Positions 18,573 to 29,600 are shown, counted from the first letter of the stretch. The stretch is 64,000 nucleotides of DNA from Gemmatimonadota bacterium (GCA_040389905.1 JAZJZK010000008.1:215122-279121), one strand, 5' to 3'. Program-made: numbers and translations. The notes: a model not told the origin generated them from the sequence alone.

Positions 18573-19729
18573 CGGGACTGTCCCGAGCGAATGAAATGAG
18601 CCCCCTGTCACCCCGAGCGAACGAAGTGAGTCGAGGGGTCTGCACCTCTGCTCCGGCGCCAAAGTGCAGACCCCTCGACTCGCTCCGCTCGCTCGGGGTG
18701 ACAATGGGGTCGCTCCGCTCGCTCGGGGTGACAATGGGGTCGCTGCGCTCGCTCGGGGTGACAATGGGGTCGCTGCGCTCGCTCGGGGTGACAATGGGGT
18801 CGCTGCGCTCGCTCGGGGTGACGGCTGCGCTGCTACTCTGCGCCGCTACCGCGAGCGCGCAGAAAACTCACGTACTCATCATCACCGGCCTTGGCGGTGA
18901 GCTCAAGTACAGCATGGCGTTCATGAAGACCGCGGCGACGCTCGCGGACTCGGCACGCGCACGCTGGGGGGTCAAGGACTCGAGCCTCATCGTCCTCGGC
19001 GAAGACCCAGCGATGGACCCGAAGCACATCACCGGCAAGTCCACCAAGGCGGAAGTCGAGAAAGCCTTCCTCACGCTTTCCAAGCGGGTAGCCCCCGGCG
19101 ACGTCGTGCTTGTGTTCCTCAACGGCCACGGCGCCAGCGAGGGCCCTGATTCGCGCGTCAACCTCAGCGGCCCCGACCCGACCGCCGCGGATTTCAACGG
19201 CTGGCTGTCGGCATTCTCGAAGCAGGCGGTCGTGTTCGTCAACGCGGCGAGTGGGAGCGGTGACTTCCTCCAGGTCCTCAAGGCGCCCGGTCGCGTGATC
19301 GTGAGCGCCACGAAAACGGCCATCGAGCGAAACGAGACGATCTTCGCACCACCGTTCGTGAAGGGACTGACGAGCGGCGACGCGGACAGCGACAAGGACA
19401 ACCGCGTGTCGGTGCTCGAAGCCTTCGATTACGCGAAGAAAGAAGTCGCGCGGGTGTATGAGACGGACAAGAAGCTGCTCACCGAGCACGCCCAAGTGAC
19501 CGACACGGTGTTCGCGCGCACCGTGGCGTTTGGTGGAACGAAGCCGAGCGAGGATCCGCGCGTCGTGGCGTTGGTCTCTGAGCAGCGCGCGCTCGAATTG
19601 CAGATTGCGGCGCTTCGTAGCCGCAAGGCGACCACAGATTCCACGGTGTACGCCGCTGAGCTGGAGAAGCTGCTGCTCGCGTTGGCGGAGAAGTCCGCGG
19701 CCGTGCGCGCAGCGGGAGGGAAGCCGTGA
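18569..19729 (+). CDS. Secreted caspase/C13-like (clan CD) fold protein; N-terminus made of family A repeat (alternative ATGs at 18704, 18734, 18764, 18794)
   Basis: ATGA overlap with the upstream stop; signal-like AALLLCAATASAQ; VLVFLNGHG; VFVNAASGSG; EF-hand-like DADSDKDNRVSVLE. Confidence 0.75.
   Translation: MTGLSRANEMSPLSPRANEVSRGVCTSAPAPKCRPLDSLRSLGVTMGSLRSLGVTMGSLRSLGVTMGSLRSLGVTMGSLRSLGVTAALLLCAATASAQKTHVLIITGLGGELKYSMAFMKTAATLADSARARWGVKDSSLIVLGEDPAMDPKHITGKSTKAEVEKAFLTLSKRVAPGDVVLVFLNGHGASEGPDSRVNLSGPDPTAADFNGWLSAFSKQAVVFVNAASGSGDFLQVLKAPGRVIVSATKTAIERNETIFAPPFVKGLTSGDADSDKDNRVSVLEAFDYAKKEVARVYETDKKLLTEHAQVTDTVFARTVAFGGTKPSEDPRVVALVSEQRALELQIAALRSRKATTDSTVYAAELEKLLLALAEKSAAVRAAGGKP
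18606..18822. repeat. Family A repeat with tandem 30-bp amplification of its right arm, in frame within a CDS
   Basis: Full palindrome at 18606-18703; unit TCGCT(C/G)CGCTCGCTCGGGGTGACAATGGGG repeated about 4.8 times from 18680. Confidence 0.93.
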
Positions 19730-22269
19730 GCGAGCGCAACGGCGTGAATTGGAGACCCCTCGACTCGCGGAGTTTACCCCGCGCGAAGCGTCGGGGCTCG
19801 CTCGCCCTGACAATGCTTGCGCTGGCATGCGTGGGAGCGTGGCAGGAGCCGGGCGACATCCGCAAACAAGTGAGAGCGCTCGCCGAAACGGGCAAGCTCG
19901 ACGAAGCAGAGAGCGCAGCGCGCGGCGCCGGCGCGGCGGCTGCCTCAGTGCTCGGCGAAGTTCTCGTCGTTCGCGGAAAGCTCGCGGCCGCCGACTCGGC
20001 ATTTCGCGTCGCGATCACGAGTGACCCGCGCGGACGCCGCACCGCGGAAGTCTCGCTCGCGGAGTTGGCCTACGCCCGCGGCGCACGCGACGACGGACTT
20101 CGCCTCGCGAACGCGCTCACGACCGCATACGAGAATTCATCGGCGCGCTGGTCGAGCGACGACCTCACTGCCGTTGGCCGCGCCTATGTGCTGCTCGGCA
20201 CGCGTGCTGCTGCGCCCGTGCGTGCGGCGCTCGCCGTCTTCGACAAAGCCGTTGCAGCCGATGCGTCGAACATCGAAGCGCGGCTCAGAACCGGCGATCT
20301 CTTTCTCGACAAATACAACGCACCGGAAGCCAAGTCGTCCTACGACGATGTGCTCAAGGTTGCACCAGGCAATGCGCGCGCCCTGCTCGGCCTTGCGCGT
20401 GTGGCGGAGTTCGAGGGAAAGCGAGACGCCATGGCGATGGCGCAGAAGAGCATGGAGGCGAATCCCTCGCTCACCGGTGCGAACATCCTGCTCGCGCGAT
20501 TCCATCTCGAAGCCGAAGCGTATGACTCGGCGGCGATCTACGCGCGCCGTGCACTGGCGGTGGATTCGTCGTCCATCGCCGCATGGTCCCTCATTGGCGC
20601 GACGGCATTTCTCACCGGCAAGACGGCAGAGTACGACCGTGCGAAAGCGACGGCGCTTCGGCTGAATTCGAAGCCATCGGAGTTCTTCGCTGAGGCGGCA
20701 GATGCGGCCATTCGTCAGCGCCGGTATGCGGACGGCATGCGCTTCGCGCGCGAGGCCGTCGACATCGATTCGACCTCGGTGCGCGCGCTCGGCATCCTCG
20801 GCACCAATCAGATGCGGGCGGGCAACATCGAGGCGGCGCGCGCGACGCTCGAGCGCGCGTTCGCAATCGACCCGTTCAATCTCTGGCACAAGAACACGCT
20901 CGACCTGATCGACAACCTCAAGAAATTCCGCACGATCGACCGCGGACGCTTCCGCATTGTCGCACCTGAGAAAGAAGCGGAGATGCTTGCATTGTATCTC
21001 GTCCCGCTGCTCGAACAGGCGTACGACTCGCTGGCGAAGCGTTACGCGTACAAGCCGACTCCGCCGATTCGCCTGGAGATCTACGATCGACACGCCGACT
21101 TCTCCGTGCGCACCGTCGGACTGACGGGGCTCGGCGCGCTCGGTGTGAGCTTCGGTCCGGTGCTCGCGATCGACGCACCGTCGGCGCGTGCGCGCGGCGA
21201 ATTCAACTGGGGCTCCACGTCGTGGCACGAATTGGCGCACACGTTCACGCTCGGCCTCTCCGAGAATCGTGCACCGCGTTGGCTGTCGGAGGGATTGTCG
21301 GTGCTCGAGGAGCGTCGGGCACGTCCGGAGTGGGGTGCGCAGATCTCCGTCGAGTTTCTCGCCGCGTACACGGGTGGCCGTTTGCGGCCGGTGAGTACGT
21401 TGAACGACGGCTTCGTTCGTCCGCGCTTCGAGCAGGAGACGATCTTCAGCTACTACGAAGCGTCACTCGTGTGCGAGATGATCGAGCAGATGCGCGGCTC
21501 GGGTGCAATAGTGGACATACTGAAAGCCTATCGCGATGGCGCCGATACACCCGGCGTGTTCGCGAAGGTGCTCGGCATGAAGCCGGACTCGCTCGACAAA
21601 CAATTCGACACGTGGCTCCGCGCCAAGTTCGCGACGCCGATCCTTTCCATCGCGCCGAACGACGGGAAGAAGCCAATGTCGGGTGCGTTCGTCGAGACGG
21701 TACGCGCCGCGGTTGCGCTTGTCGAAGCCGACAAGCCGGACTCAGCGCGTGCGATGTTGTTGAAGGCGCAGGCGATGTTTCCCGAGTATGCCGGCGCAGG
21801 GAATCCCGCCTGGGTGCTCGCGCACATCGCGCGCGACAAGGGTGATCACAAGGAAGCGCTCGCACAGGTCGTCCGCATGACGACGCACAACGAGAACACG
21901 TGGGACGCGAACCTGTTCGAGGCGGACACGCGGCTCAAGCTTGGCGATGCCACAGGCTCGCTCGTGCCGCTGCAGCGGTTGACCTGGATTTCGCCGTACG
22001 ATATCGATGTTCATAAGCGCATTGCCGAGACTGCGGCGCTGCTGGGCGATCACGCGACGGCGCTTCGTGAGCGGCGGGCGATCTTGTTGCTCGATCCGCC
22101 TGATCTGGTCGATGCACATTATCAGCTGGCGCTCGCTCTTTCGAACACCGGTGACGTGGTCGCAGCCAAGCGCGAGCTGTTGACGGCGCTGGAGCAGGCG
22201 CCGGCATTTGAAAAGGCGCAGACACTGCTACTCGAGCTGAGCAAGCGCACGGTGCCGGCGAAGCCATGA
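19726..22269 (+). CDS. TPR-repeat protein with a gluzincin (peptidase MA-like) domain
   Basis: GTGA overlap; multiple TPR-like helices; WHELAH followed by PRWLSEG. Confidence 0.85.
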   Translation: MSERNGVNWRPLDSRSLPRAKRRGSLALTMLALACVGAWQEPGDIRKQVRALAETGKLDEAESAARGAGAAAASVLGEVLVVRGKLAAADSAFRVAITSDPRGRRTAEVSLAELAYARGARDDGLRLANALTTAYENSSARWSSDDLTAVGRAYVLLGTRAAAPVRAALAVFDKAVAADASNIEARLRTGDLFLDKYNAPEAKSSYDDVLKVAPGNARALLGLARVAEFEGKRDAMAMAQKSMEANPSLTGANILLARFHLEAEAYDSAAIYARRALAVDSSSIAAWSLIGATAFLTGKTAEYDRAKATALRLNSKPSEFFAEAADAAIRQRRYADGMRFAREAVDIDSTSVRALGILGTNQMRAGNIEAARATLERAFAIDPFNLWHKNTLDLIDNLKKFRTIDRGRFRIVAPEKEAEMLALYLVPLLEQAYDSLAKRYAYKPTPPIRLEIYDRHADFSVRTVGLTGLGALGVSFGPVLAIDAPSARARGEFNWGSTSWHELAHTFTLGLSENRAPRWLSEGLSVLEERRARPEWGAQISVEFLAAYTGGRLRPVSTLNDGFVRPRFEQETIFSYYEASLVCEMIEQMRGSGAIVDILKAYRDGADTPGVFAKVLGMKPDSLDKQFDTWLRAKFATPILSIAPNDGKKPMSGAFVETVRAAVALVEADKPDSARAMLLKAQAMFPEYAGAGNPAWVLAHIARDKGDHKEALAQVVRMTTHNENTWDANLFEADTRLKLGDATGSLVPLQRLTWISPYDIDVHKRIAETAALLGDHATALRERRAILLLDPPDLVDAHYQLALALSNTGDVVAAKRELLTALEQAPAFEKAQTLLLELSKRTVPAKP
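19753..19812. repeat. Degenerate family A arm inside the 5' end of the TPR gene
   Basis: AGACCCCTCGACTCGC...GGGGCTCGCTCGCCCTGACA followed immediately by ATG (19813). Confidence 0.65.
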
Positions 22270-22290
22270 AAACAGAACAGCAACAGCAAT

Positions 22291-22390
22291 TAACCACAGA
22301 GGACACAGAGGACACAGAGGACACAGAGGACACAGAGGAAAAGCGTGAAGGACATGCCGTTCTCCGTGTCCTCTGTGTCCTCTGTGGTTA
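22291..22390. repeat. Family B inverted repeat built of 9-mers (ACACAGAGG)n
   Basis: TAACCACAGAGG(ACACAGAGG)4-loop-CTCCGTGTCCTCTGTGTCCTCTGTGGTTA. Confidence 0.9.
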
Positions 22391-22452
22391 AGGCTTTTTT
22401 CCGTCTTTCTTTCTGAAGCAACAATCTCCAACGCTGACCACGAGGCAACCGC

Positions 22453-23487
22453 TTGACTGGTCCCGCAACAACCTCCGAGCTCGACACACTCGACGACGCC
22501 GAACTGGCCGATCGCCTAGCGGCGGCCGCAACGCGCATCCGGGCCGAAATCTCCAAGGTCATCGTCGGCAATGACGACATTATCGAGCAGGCGCTGATCG
22601 CGCTTTTCGCTGGCGGCAATTGTCTCCTCGTCGGCGTCCCTGGCCTTGCCAAGACGTTGCTCATCTCGACGATGTCCCGCGCGCTCGACCTCAAGTTCTC
22701 GCGCATCCAGTTCACGCCGGATCTCATGCCGTCCGACGTCACCGGAACGGATGTCATCCAGGACGATCCGGCAACGGGACAGCGGCGCTTGAGCTTCATG
22801 CCCGGCCCCGTGTTCTGCAACGTGCTGCTGGCCGACGAAATCAACCGTACGCCACCGAAGACCCAGGCTGCGTTGCTCGAAGCCATGCAGGAGCGGCGAG
22901 TGACCGTGCAGGGACGGACCTACGATCTCGAGCCGCCCTTCTTCGTCTTCGCGACGCAGAACCCGATCGAACTCGAGGGCACATACCCGCTGCCAGAAGC
23001 ACAGCTCGATCGCTTCATGCTCGAAGTGATCCTGCACTACCTGCCGGAAGAGGAGGAGTGCGCCGTCGTTCGCGCGACGACCACGGTGCCACAGGAGGCC
23101 GTGCAGCCATGCGTTTCACGCGCCGAGATTCTCGCGTACCAGCGTGTCGTGCGTCGCGTGCCGGTGGCGGACGCGGTGACCCGCTATGCGGTGCGCTTCG
23201 TGCGCATGACGCGCCCCGACGACAAGAATGCGCCGGACTTCATCAAGCAGTGGTCGTCATACGGCGCATCGGTCCGCGCCGCACAGGCACTCATCCTCGG
23301 CGCCAAGGCACGCGCGCTCCTCCAGGGCCGCAGCCACGTCGGTTTCGAGGACGTGCGTGCATTGGCGATGCCGGTGCTGCGTCACCGCATGCTGCTCAAT
23401 TTCCAGGCGCAATCAGAAAAGGTGACGACGGATCATTTGATCGAGAAGCTCCTCGCGGCGGCTCCTATTCCGAAATCGGCAATGTAA
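22453..23487 (+). CDS. moxR: MoxR-family AAA+ ATPase
   Basis: LLVGVPGLAKT; RIQFTPDLMPSD; LLADEINRTPPKTQAALLEAMQE; ATQNPIELEGTYPLPEAQLDRF. Confidence 0.95.
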   Translation: MTGPATTSELDTLDDAELADRLAAAATRIRAEISKVIVGNDDIIEQALIALFAGGNCLLVGVPGLAKTLLISTMSRALDLKFSRIQFTPDLMPSDVTGTDVIQDDPATGQRRLSFMPGPVFCNVLLADEINRTPPKTQAALLEAMQERRVTVQGRTYDLEPPFFVFATQNPIELEGTYPLPEAQLDRFMLEVILHYLPEEEECAVVRATTTVPQEAVQPCVSRAEILAYQRVVRRVPVADAVTRYAVRFVRMTRPDDKNAPDFIKQWSSYGASVRAAQALILGAKARALLQGRSHVGFEDVRALAMPVLRHRMLLNFQAQSEKVTTDHLIEKLLAAAPIPKSAM

Positions 23488-23518
23488 GCACACGTGTCAC
23501 ATGGCTTTTTGAACTGAA

Positions 23519-23616
23519 TGAACGCGGATTGAGCGGATTGAAGCGGATCAATTCTGATCCAAGCATTCCAACGCAGTATCGAGGTTTTGCTGTTCCATCC
23601 GCTCAATCCGCGTTCA
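23519..23616. repeat. Family C inverted repeat built of (GCGGATTGA)-like 9-mers
   Basis: TGAACGCGGATTGAGCGGAT...ATCCGCTCAATCCGCGTTCA. Confidence 0.88.
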
Positions 23617-23684
23617 ATGTTCCGCCATTAGAATGCTCGGTTTTTGAAGAGGCACAGGACGTCTTTTACCGGTAGCGAATAAGA

Positions 23685-24584
23685 ATGGCCACCGCCCCAG
23701 CCTCATTTCTCGACCCGAACCTGCTCGCGCGGATCTCCGATCTCGCGCTGCTGGCGCGCACGGTCGTCGATGGGTTCATGCATGGCCAGCATCGCTCCAT
23801 GCGGAAGGGGTCGTCGATGGACTTCGCGCAGCATCGCTCCTACCAGCCCGGCGACGACCTTCGCCGCATCGACTGGCGGGTGTTCGGACGCACGGATCGC
23901 TTCTATGTGAAGGAGTACGAAGCGGACACCAATGCCAGCGTGATCTTCGCGCTCGATTCGTCGGCGTCGATGAGCTTCGGCAGCGGCAAGGTGACCAAGT
24001 ACGACTACGGGCGCTTCCTCATCGCGTCACTCGCGTGGCTTTCACAGCACCAGGGTGACCGCGTCGGGCTCGCGACCTTCAAGGGCGATCTCGTCGACGT
24101 CGTGCCACCATCCACTCGGCACCTGCAACTGCTGCTGCACACGCTCAGCCGCTCGAAGGCCACCGGCACGGGACACCTCATCAACTCGATCGAACGTCTC
24201 GCGGCGATGACGTCGCGCACCGGCATCGTGGTGCTCGTCACCGACTGCTACGAGAAACCCGAACTGCTCGGCAAGGCGATGACCTCACTGCGCATGCGCG
24301 GGCACGACGTCATTCTCTTCCATCTCGTCGATGCAGCCGAACGCGACTTTCCGTTCACGGCAGCGACGACCTTCGAGGACGCTGAGACCGGGAATCGCCT
24401 TCCACTCCGGCCAGACGACCTGCGTGCCAAGTACAAGGAATTGATCGCTGCGCACAATGCGGAGTTGACCACGCGGCTCGTCGGAAGTGGCGCCGACTAC
24501 GTTCGTGTTGACACCGACCAACCGCTCGACCGCGCGCTGCACGCCTATCTCGACAAGCGCCTCGCGCGCAGCAGGGTGCGCTGA
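23685..24584 (+). CDS. DUF58 domain protein
   Basis: G.HRS..KGSSMDFAQHRSYQPGDDLRRIDWRVFGRTDRFYVKEYE; LDSSASM; follows moxR. Confidence 0.93.
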   Translation: MATAPASFLDPNLLARISDLALLARTVVDGFMHGQHRSMRKGSSMDFAQHRSYQPGDDLRRIDWRVFGRTDRFYVKEYEADTNASVIFALDSSASMSFGSGKVTKYDYGRFLIASLAWLSQHQGDRVGLATFKGDLVDVVPPSTRHLQLLLHTLSRSKATGTGHLINSIERLAAMTSRTGIVVLVTDCYEKPELLGKAMTSLRMRGHDVILFHLVDAAERDFPFTAATTFEDAETGNRLPLRPDDLRAKYKELIAAHNAELTTRLVGSGADYVRVDTDQPLDRALHAYLDKRLARSRVR

Positions 24585-26656
24585 TGGGATTCGGCATGCT
24601 CGTACCGGCGTTCCTCGTCGGTCTCGCCGCGATCGTCGTGCCGGTCATTCTGCACCTGCGTCATCGCGACAAGGACAAGCCGCAGATCTTCCCGTCGTTG
24701 ATGTTCCTCGAGCTGCTACCCATTCGCACCGCGGAACGACGGCGCATTACCGACTGGCCGCTCCTGCTGCTGCGCGCACTCGCGCTCGCGTTGCTCGTGA
24801 TGGCCTTCGCGCGCCCCGTATTCTCCCGCGGTGAGGCCGCCGAGCGCGCCAAGAGAGTGCGGGCCGTTGTGCTGATGGTCGATCGCTCGATGAGCATGTC
24901 GTACACCGGTGTGTGGGCGACGGCGATTGATTCCGCGAAGAAGGTCGTGTCCGGCCTCAGCGCCGCCGACAAGATTGCCGTCGTCTTCTTTGACGACGAG
25001 GCGGAGATCGCGCAGCCGTTCACCATCGATCGCCCCGCCGCACTCGCCGTGCTCGGCAAGGCCACGCCGTCGATGCGCGGAACGCGCTATGCCGCCGCGC
25101 TGCGTGCTGCACGCCAACTGGCGTCTCGCGCTGGTGACGCGGTCGCCGAGGTGGTCATCGTCACGGACCTGCAGCGCAGCGGCGTGTCCGGTGTCGCCGG
25201 ACTCGATTTGCCCGAGGGGCTCAAGGTGCGCACCATCGCTGTTGGACCGAAGGATCACGCGAATGCCACGGTGTCATCGGTGGAGATTCACCGGCTCATC
25301 GAACCAACACGAACGATGCTCGCGGTGCAGGCGCGCGTGCTCTCGCGTGAGCGGACGCAACCGCGCTTGGCCCGCGTGACACTGACGTTGAACGGTCGCC
25401 AGAGCGGGGCGCGCGACGTCTCGATTCCCCCCACTGGCGACATACCCGTCGCGTTCGATCCCGTCCTTCTTCCCGGCGGACGCGTACGTGGCACGATCTC
25501 GGTCACGCACGACGCGCTCGCACCGGATGACTCGTTTCACTTTGCCTTCGCGTCGGACGACGCGGTTCGCCTGCTCCTGATCGCGCCGGACGATGCGCAG
25601 AACGACGAGACCCTCTTCTTCGAGCGTGCGCTCGCGGTGGGACGCGCCCCGCTCGTGCGAATCGTCCGCGTTCGGCCCGGCCGGATCGATGACCGCACCC
25701 TCGAGGGTGCATCGATGGTGGTGCTCTGGGATGTGCCGAGTCCTACAGGTTCGTCGGCGACCGCGCTGACCGAGTGGGTTCGCCGAGGTGGCGGACTCGT
25801 GGTCGCACCAGGGCGGCGCAGTGAAGCACGCAGTAGTCCGTCGGCCCTCCGCCCGGCGGCGATTGTTGGAACCGTGGACCGTCTCAATGATCGCGGTGGC
25901 TCGCTTGGGGACGTACGACTCGATCATCCCTTGTTCGGTGCATTCCGCGACGCGGCGACGGCGCTGACGTCGGCACGATTCCTCCGCTATCCGCGGATGG
26001 AACCGGACAAGGGCGCAGAGGTGATCGCCCGCTTCGATGATGGAATGCCCGCAGTGATCGAGCGGCACGAGGGGGCGGGGAAAGTCATCGTCATCGGCGC
26101 GGCGTTGGACACGAGGATGGGGGATTTTCCGCTGCAGTCCGCCTATCTGCCTTTCCTCCAGAAGCTGATGCTGTACTCGTCGGGACGCGACGCGACGACG
26201 CTGTGGCGCTCCGCAGGGCAGAGCTGGCTTCTGCCGGCCTACCTCAAGGAGCCGGCGGTACTGACGCCCTCCGGGTCGATCGTCCGCCCAGTTCGGGATT
26301 CCATCGGGGCCAGCGTCCCTCTCAGGGAAGCGGGCATTTATGCATTATATGAGGGGCGGGTCCAGGGGGAGCCGGTTGGCCTCGCCGCGGTCAACGCACC
26401 CGCCAACGAATCGGATTTGACCCAGGTCGATCCGCGAGAGCTGCTGCTTGGTGTCAAACAGAGTACGGTGACGGCGGGTAGTCAGGATGACGCCCCGACG
26501 CCAGTCGAGGTCGAAGGTAAGCAGAGGTTGTGGAGGATCTTGTTGTTCGCGGCAGGTCTGCTGTTGTTGCTGGAGACATTCATCGGCAATCGCGGATGGC
26601 GCGGGACGGCCAGCCGACTCACGGTAAGCCAGGCAGAAGGGGGAAGAGGATCATGA
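24584..26656 (+). CDS. BatA-like N-terminal double-TM domain plus VWA protein
   Basis: LAAIVVPVILHL...FPSLMFL...LLLLRALALALLVMAFARP; MVDRSMSM; VIVTD; C-terminal TM. Confidence 0.9.
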   Translation: MGFGMLVPAFLVGLAAIVVPVILHLRHRDKDKPQIFPSLMFLELLPIRTAERRRITDWPLLLLRALALALLVMAFARPVFSRGEAAERAKRVRAVVLMVDRSMSMSYTGVWATAIDSAKKVVSGLSAADKIAVVFFDDEAEIAQPFTIDRPAALAVLGKATPSMRGTRYAAALRAARQLASRAGDAVAEVVIVTDLQRSGVSGVAGLDLPEGLKVRTIAVGPKDHANATVSSVEIHRLIEPTRTMLAVQARVLSRERTQPRLARVTLTLNGRQSGARDVSIPPTGDIPVAFDPVLLPGGRVRGTISVTHDALAPDDSFHFAFASDDAVRLLLIAPDDAQNDETLFFERALAVGRAPLVRIVRVRPGRIDDRTLEGASMVVLWDVPSPTGSSATALTEWVRRGGGLVVAPGRRSEARSSPSALRPAAIVGTVDRLNDRGGSLGDVRLDHPLFGAFRDAATALTSARFLRYPRMEPDKGAEVIARFDDGMPAVIERHEGAGKVIVIGAALDTRMGDFPLQSAYLPFLQKLMLYSSGRDATTLWRSAGQSWLLPAYLKEPAVLTPSGSIVRPVRDSIGASVPLREAGIYALYEGRVQGEPVGLAAVNAPANESDLTQVDPRELLLGVKQSTVTAGSQDDAPTPVEVEGKQRLWRILLFAAGLLLLLETFIGNRGWRGTASRLTVSQAEGGRGS

Positions 26657-29600
26657 CGTCAGCCAATCAGCTGCTCGCAACGCTCGCGGTACTCCGGCGC
26701 CAGTGGCGCCAACGCGTCTTCCTCGAATCGGCGGTCTGGATCGCGATCGCTGCGCTCCTCGCCGTCATTGCCGCGCTCCTCATCACATCGGTGTTCGGCG
26801 CATCGTCGACGAACGTCATCATCGCGCGGGGGGTGGGCTACTTCCTCATCGCCGCGGCGATCGTGCGCTTCCTCGTGGTTCCGCTGATGCGAAAGGCGAG
26901 CGACGAGCGATTCGCGCTCTACGTCGAAGAGCGCGCCCCGGAACTCAAGCAGGCACTGCTCTCGGCGGTCCATGAGCTTCGGGCACCGGAAGCAGAACGC
27001 GCATCGCCGTCGCTCACCGCGCGCCTCGTGGAGCGCACGCTGGCCAAGGTTCGCCCGCTGCAAGAAGGCGCGAAGCTCGAGCGCCCCCGCATGGTCCGCG
27101 CGATGCAGTCGCTCGGTGCTGTGGCAGTCGTTGCGTTAGTCATGTTCCTGGCTGGTCCGGCGAAATTGCGTGAAGCGGGCAAGATGATCTTCGCGCCGTG
27201 GGGAGTCGCGGAAGCCGCAACGCCAGTGATGGCGGTGAGCGTGAAGCCCGGCAACGCCGTCATCCCGCGCGGTGCTGCGGTCGACATTCGCGCGGCGCTC
27301 GAAGGGTTTGCCGCGGACGGCGCGGAGCTCGTCTTCCGCGCGGACTCTGCGGCGGAGTGGGTGCGCATTCCGATGTCGCGCGATTCCGTGACGAGTACCT
27401 TCACGTCTCGCGTATTCGATCTGACCCGTCCGACGGACTACTACGTCGACGCGAACGGCATTCGCTCGCCGACGTTCCACCTCGGAATCTCCGACCTTCC
27501 GGCGACGAAGAAGCTCGCGATCGACCTGCGCTATCCCGCGTACACGCAACTGCCCACCGATCATTTCGCCGATGGCGGTGACATCGCGGCGGTCGTGGGC
27601 ACGACGGCAGTGATTCATGCGACGATCACCAAGTCGGTACAGGGCGGTGTGCTTGCCTTCTCCGATGGAACGACCGTTCCCTTCGACATCGGTAAGGACG
27701 GCAAGCTGAACGCGGCGTTCAAGGTGAAGACGACGGGCTACTATCGCATCGACCTCGTTGCCGAAGATGGCGCGAAGGTTCCTGGGTCCGTGCAGTACGC
27801 AGTCGAGGCGCTGCCCGATCACCCACCGACGGTGTTCATCGACAAGCCGGGCCGCGACACGAAGGTGACGAACATCGAGGAAGTCACGGTCGCCCTGCGC
27901 GCGTCCGACGACTACGGTGTCGAGTCGCTCGAGATGTTCTATCGCATCAACGGCGGCGCCGAGAAGAGAGTCGTGCTCACGGACAGCGCGGGGACGCACT
28001 CGAAAGAGCCGCGGGCGGCACACACGCTGTTCCTCGAGGAAGAGAAGCTCGTGCCGGGCGACCTCATTGCGTATCACGGCGTCGCAAAAGATGGCGCAGG
28101 CAACAAGGGTGTGAGCGACGTCTACTTCCTCGAAGTGCGTCCGTTCGGGAAGAATTACAAGCAGGCGGAACAGCAGGGTGGTGGTGGCGGCGGTGGCGGT
28201 GGTGGTGGCGGTGACTCGCCCGACGGATTCGTCGCCCGCCAGCGTGAAGTCGTTGCCGGCACATTCAATTGGGTGCGCGACAGCGCAGTGACAACGGCAC
28301 GCAAGCGTCGCGAAGACATCGCCACGCTGAACATCGCGGAAGGCAAGATTCGCGAGGAAGTCGCGGTGCTCGCAACCCGAATCATCGAGCGGGGCGCGGC
28401 GAGCGCGGACACGACGTTCAAGTTGATCGCCGCCGAACTGCAGGCAGCCGCCAAGCCATTGTTGTCGGCAGAGGAGCAGCTCGTGAAGGCGAAGGGTACT
28501 CTCGCGCTGCCGCCGGAGCAGGAGGCGCTCCAGCACCTTCAACGTGCGCAGGCGCTGTATCGCGATGTGCAGGTGCAGATCGGCCAGCAGCAGCAGGGCG
28601 GCGGAGGCGGCGGTGGTGGCCAGCAGCCAAGGGCTGAGGACCTTGCCGACCTGTTCGAACTGCAGAACGACAAGCTGAAGAACCAGTACGAGGCGATGGC
28701 GCAGGAAAAGGAACAGCAGCCGCAGGCTGAGCGCGAAGTGGACGCGACGCTCGAGCGGCTGAAGCAGTTGGCGGCGCGGCAGCAGCAAGAGAACGAGCGC
28801 ATCCAGCGCATGGCGGAAGCGATGCGCGAGAAACTCGGCAAGGAGCAGAGCGGTGGTGGCGCCGGTGGCGGTGGCTCGCAGCGCGAGCTTGCCAAGCAGG
28901 TGGAGGAGGAGGCACGTCGTCTCGAACGTCTCGCGCGCGAGCAACAGAACAAGGACCTGGCGCAAGCAGCGCAGTCGCTTCAGCAGGCGGCGGACGCGAT
29001 GAAGAAGGCAGCGACCGGAGCGCCGGCACAGGGCAACCAGGCACTGGACCAGCTCAAGAACGCAGCATCTGGCCTGGAAGGCTCTCGCTCTGCGAAAGTT
29101 GGCGAGGGTGTGAAGAAGCTCGCGGATCAGGCGCAGGAGCTGAAGGACCGGCAGACCCAGATTGCGCAGGACGTGAAGAAGATGGGCGCCACCTCGCCGG
29201 ACCAGCGCGGCGACCAATTCCAGAAGTTGAGCGCGGACAAGGACCAGCTATCGAAGGACGTGGCCAAGCTTGAAGCGGACGCGGATCGCGTCGCGCGCGA
29301 GGCTCGGCGCGAGCAGCCGGCGGCGGCAGGAAAGATCGCGCAAGGGTCCGAAGCGATTCGCGATCAGCGCATCAAGGACAAGATCGCGTTCTCGAAGAAC
29401 ATCATTCGCAGCGGGTCGAGCGACTACGCGAATTCGTTCGAGCAGCAGATTGGCGATAACCTTGGCGACGTCGCGGACAAGATGCGTGAAGCGGCGAACG
29501 CTGTTGGCAATGGCACAGGTGCGGGCAAGCAGCAGCAGTCGCTCGAGCGCGCTCGCGAGTTGGTACGCGAGCTTCAGTCGCTCAAGGAGCGGACGGGCGA

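Noticed and set aside
18680..18822. CRISPR-like 30-bp repeats
   Set aside because: No spacers; the unit is the arm of repeat family A
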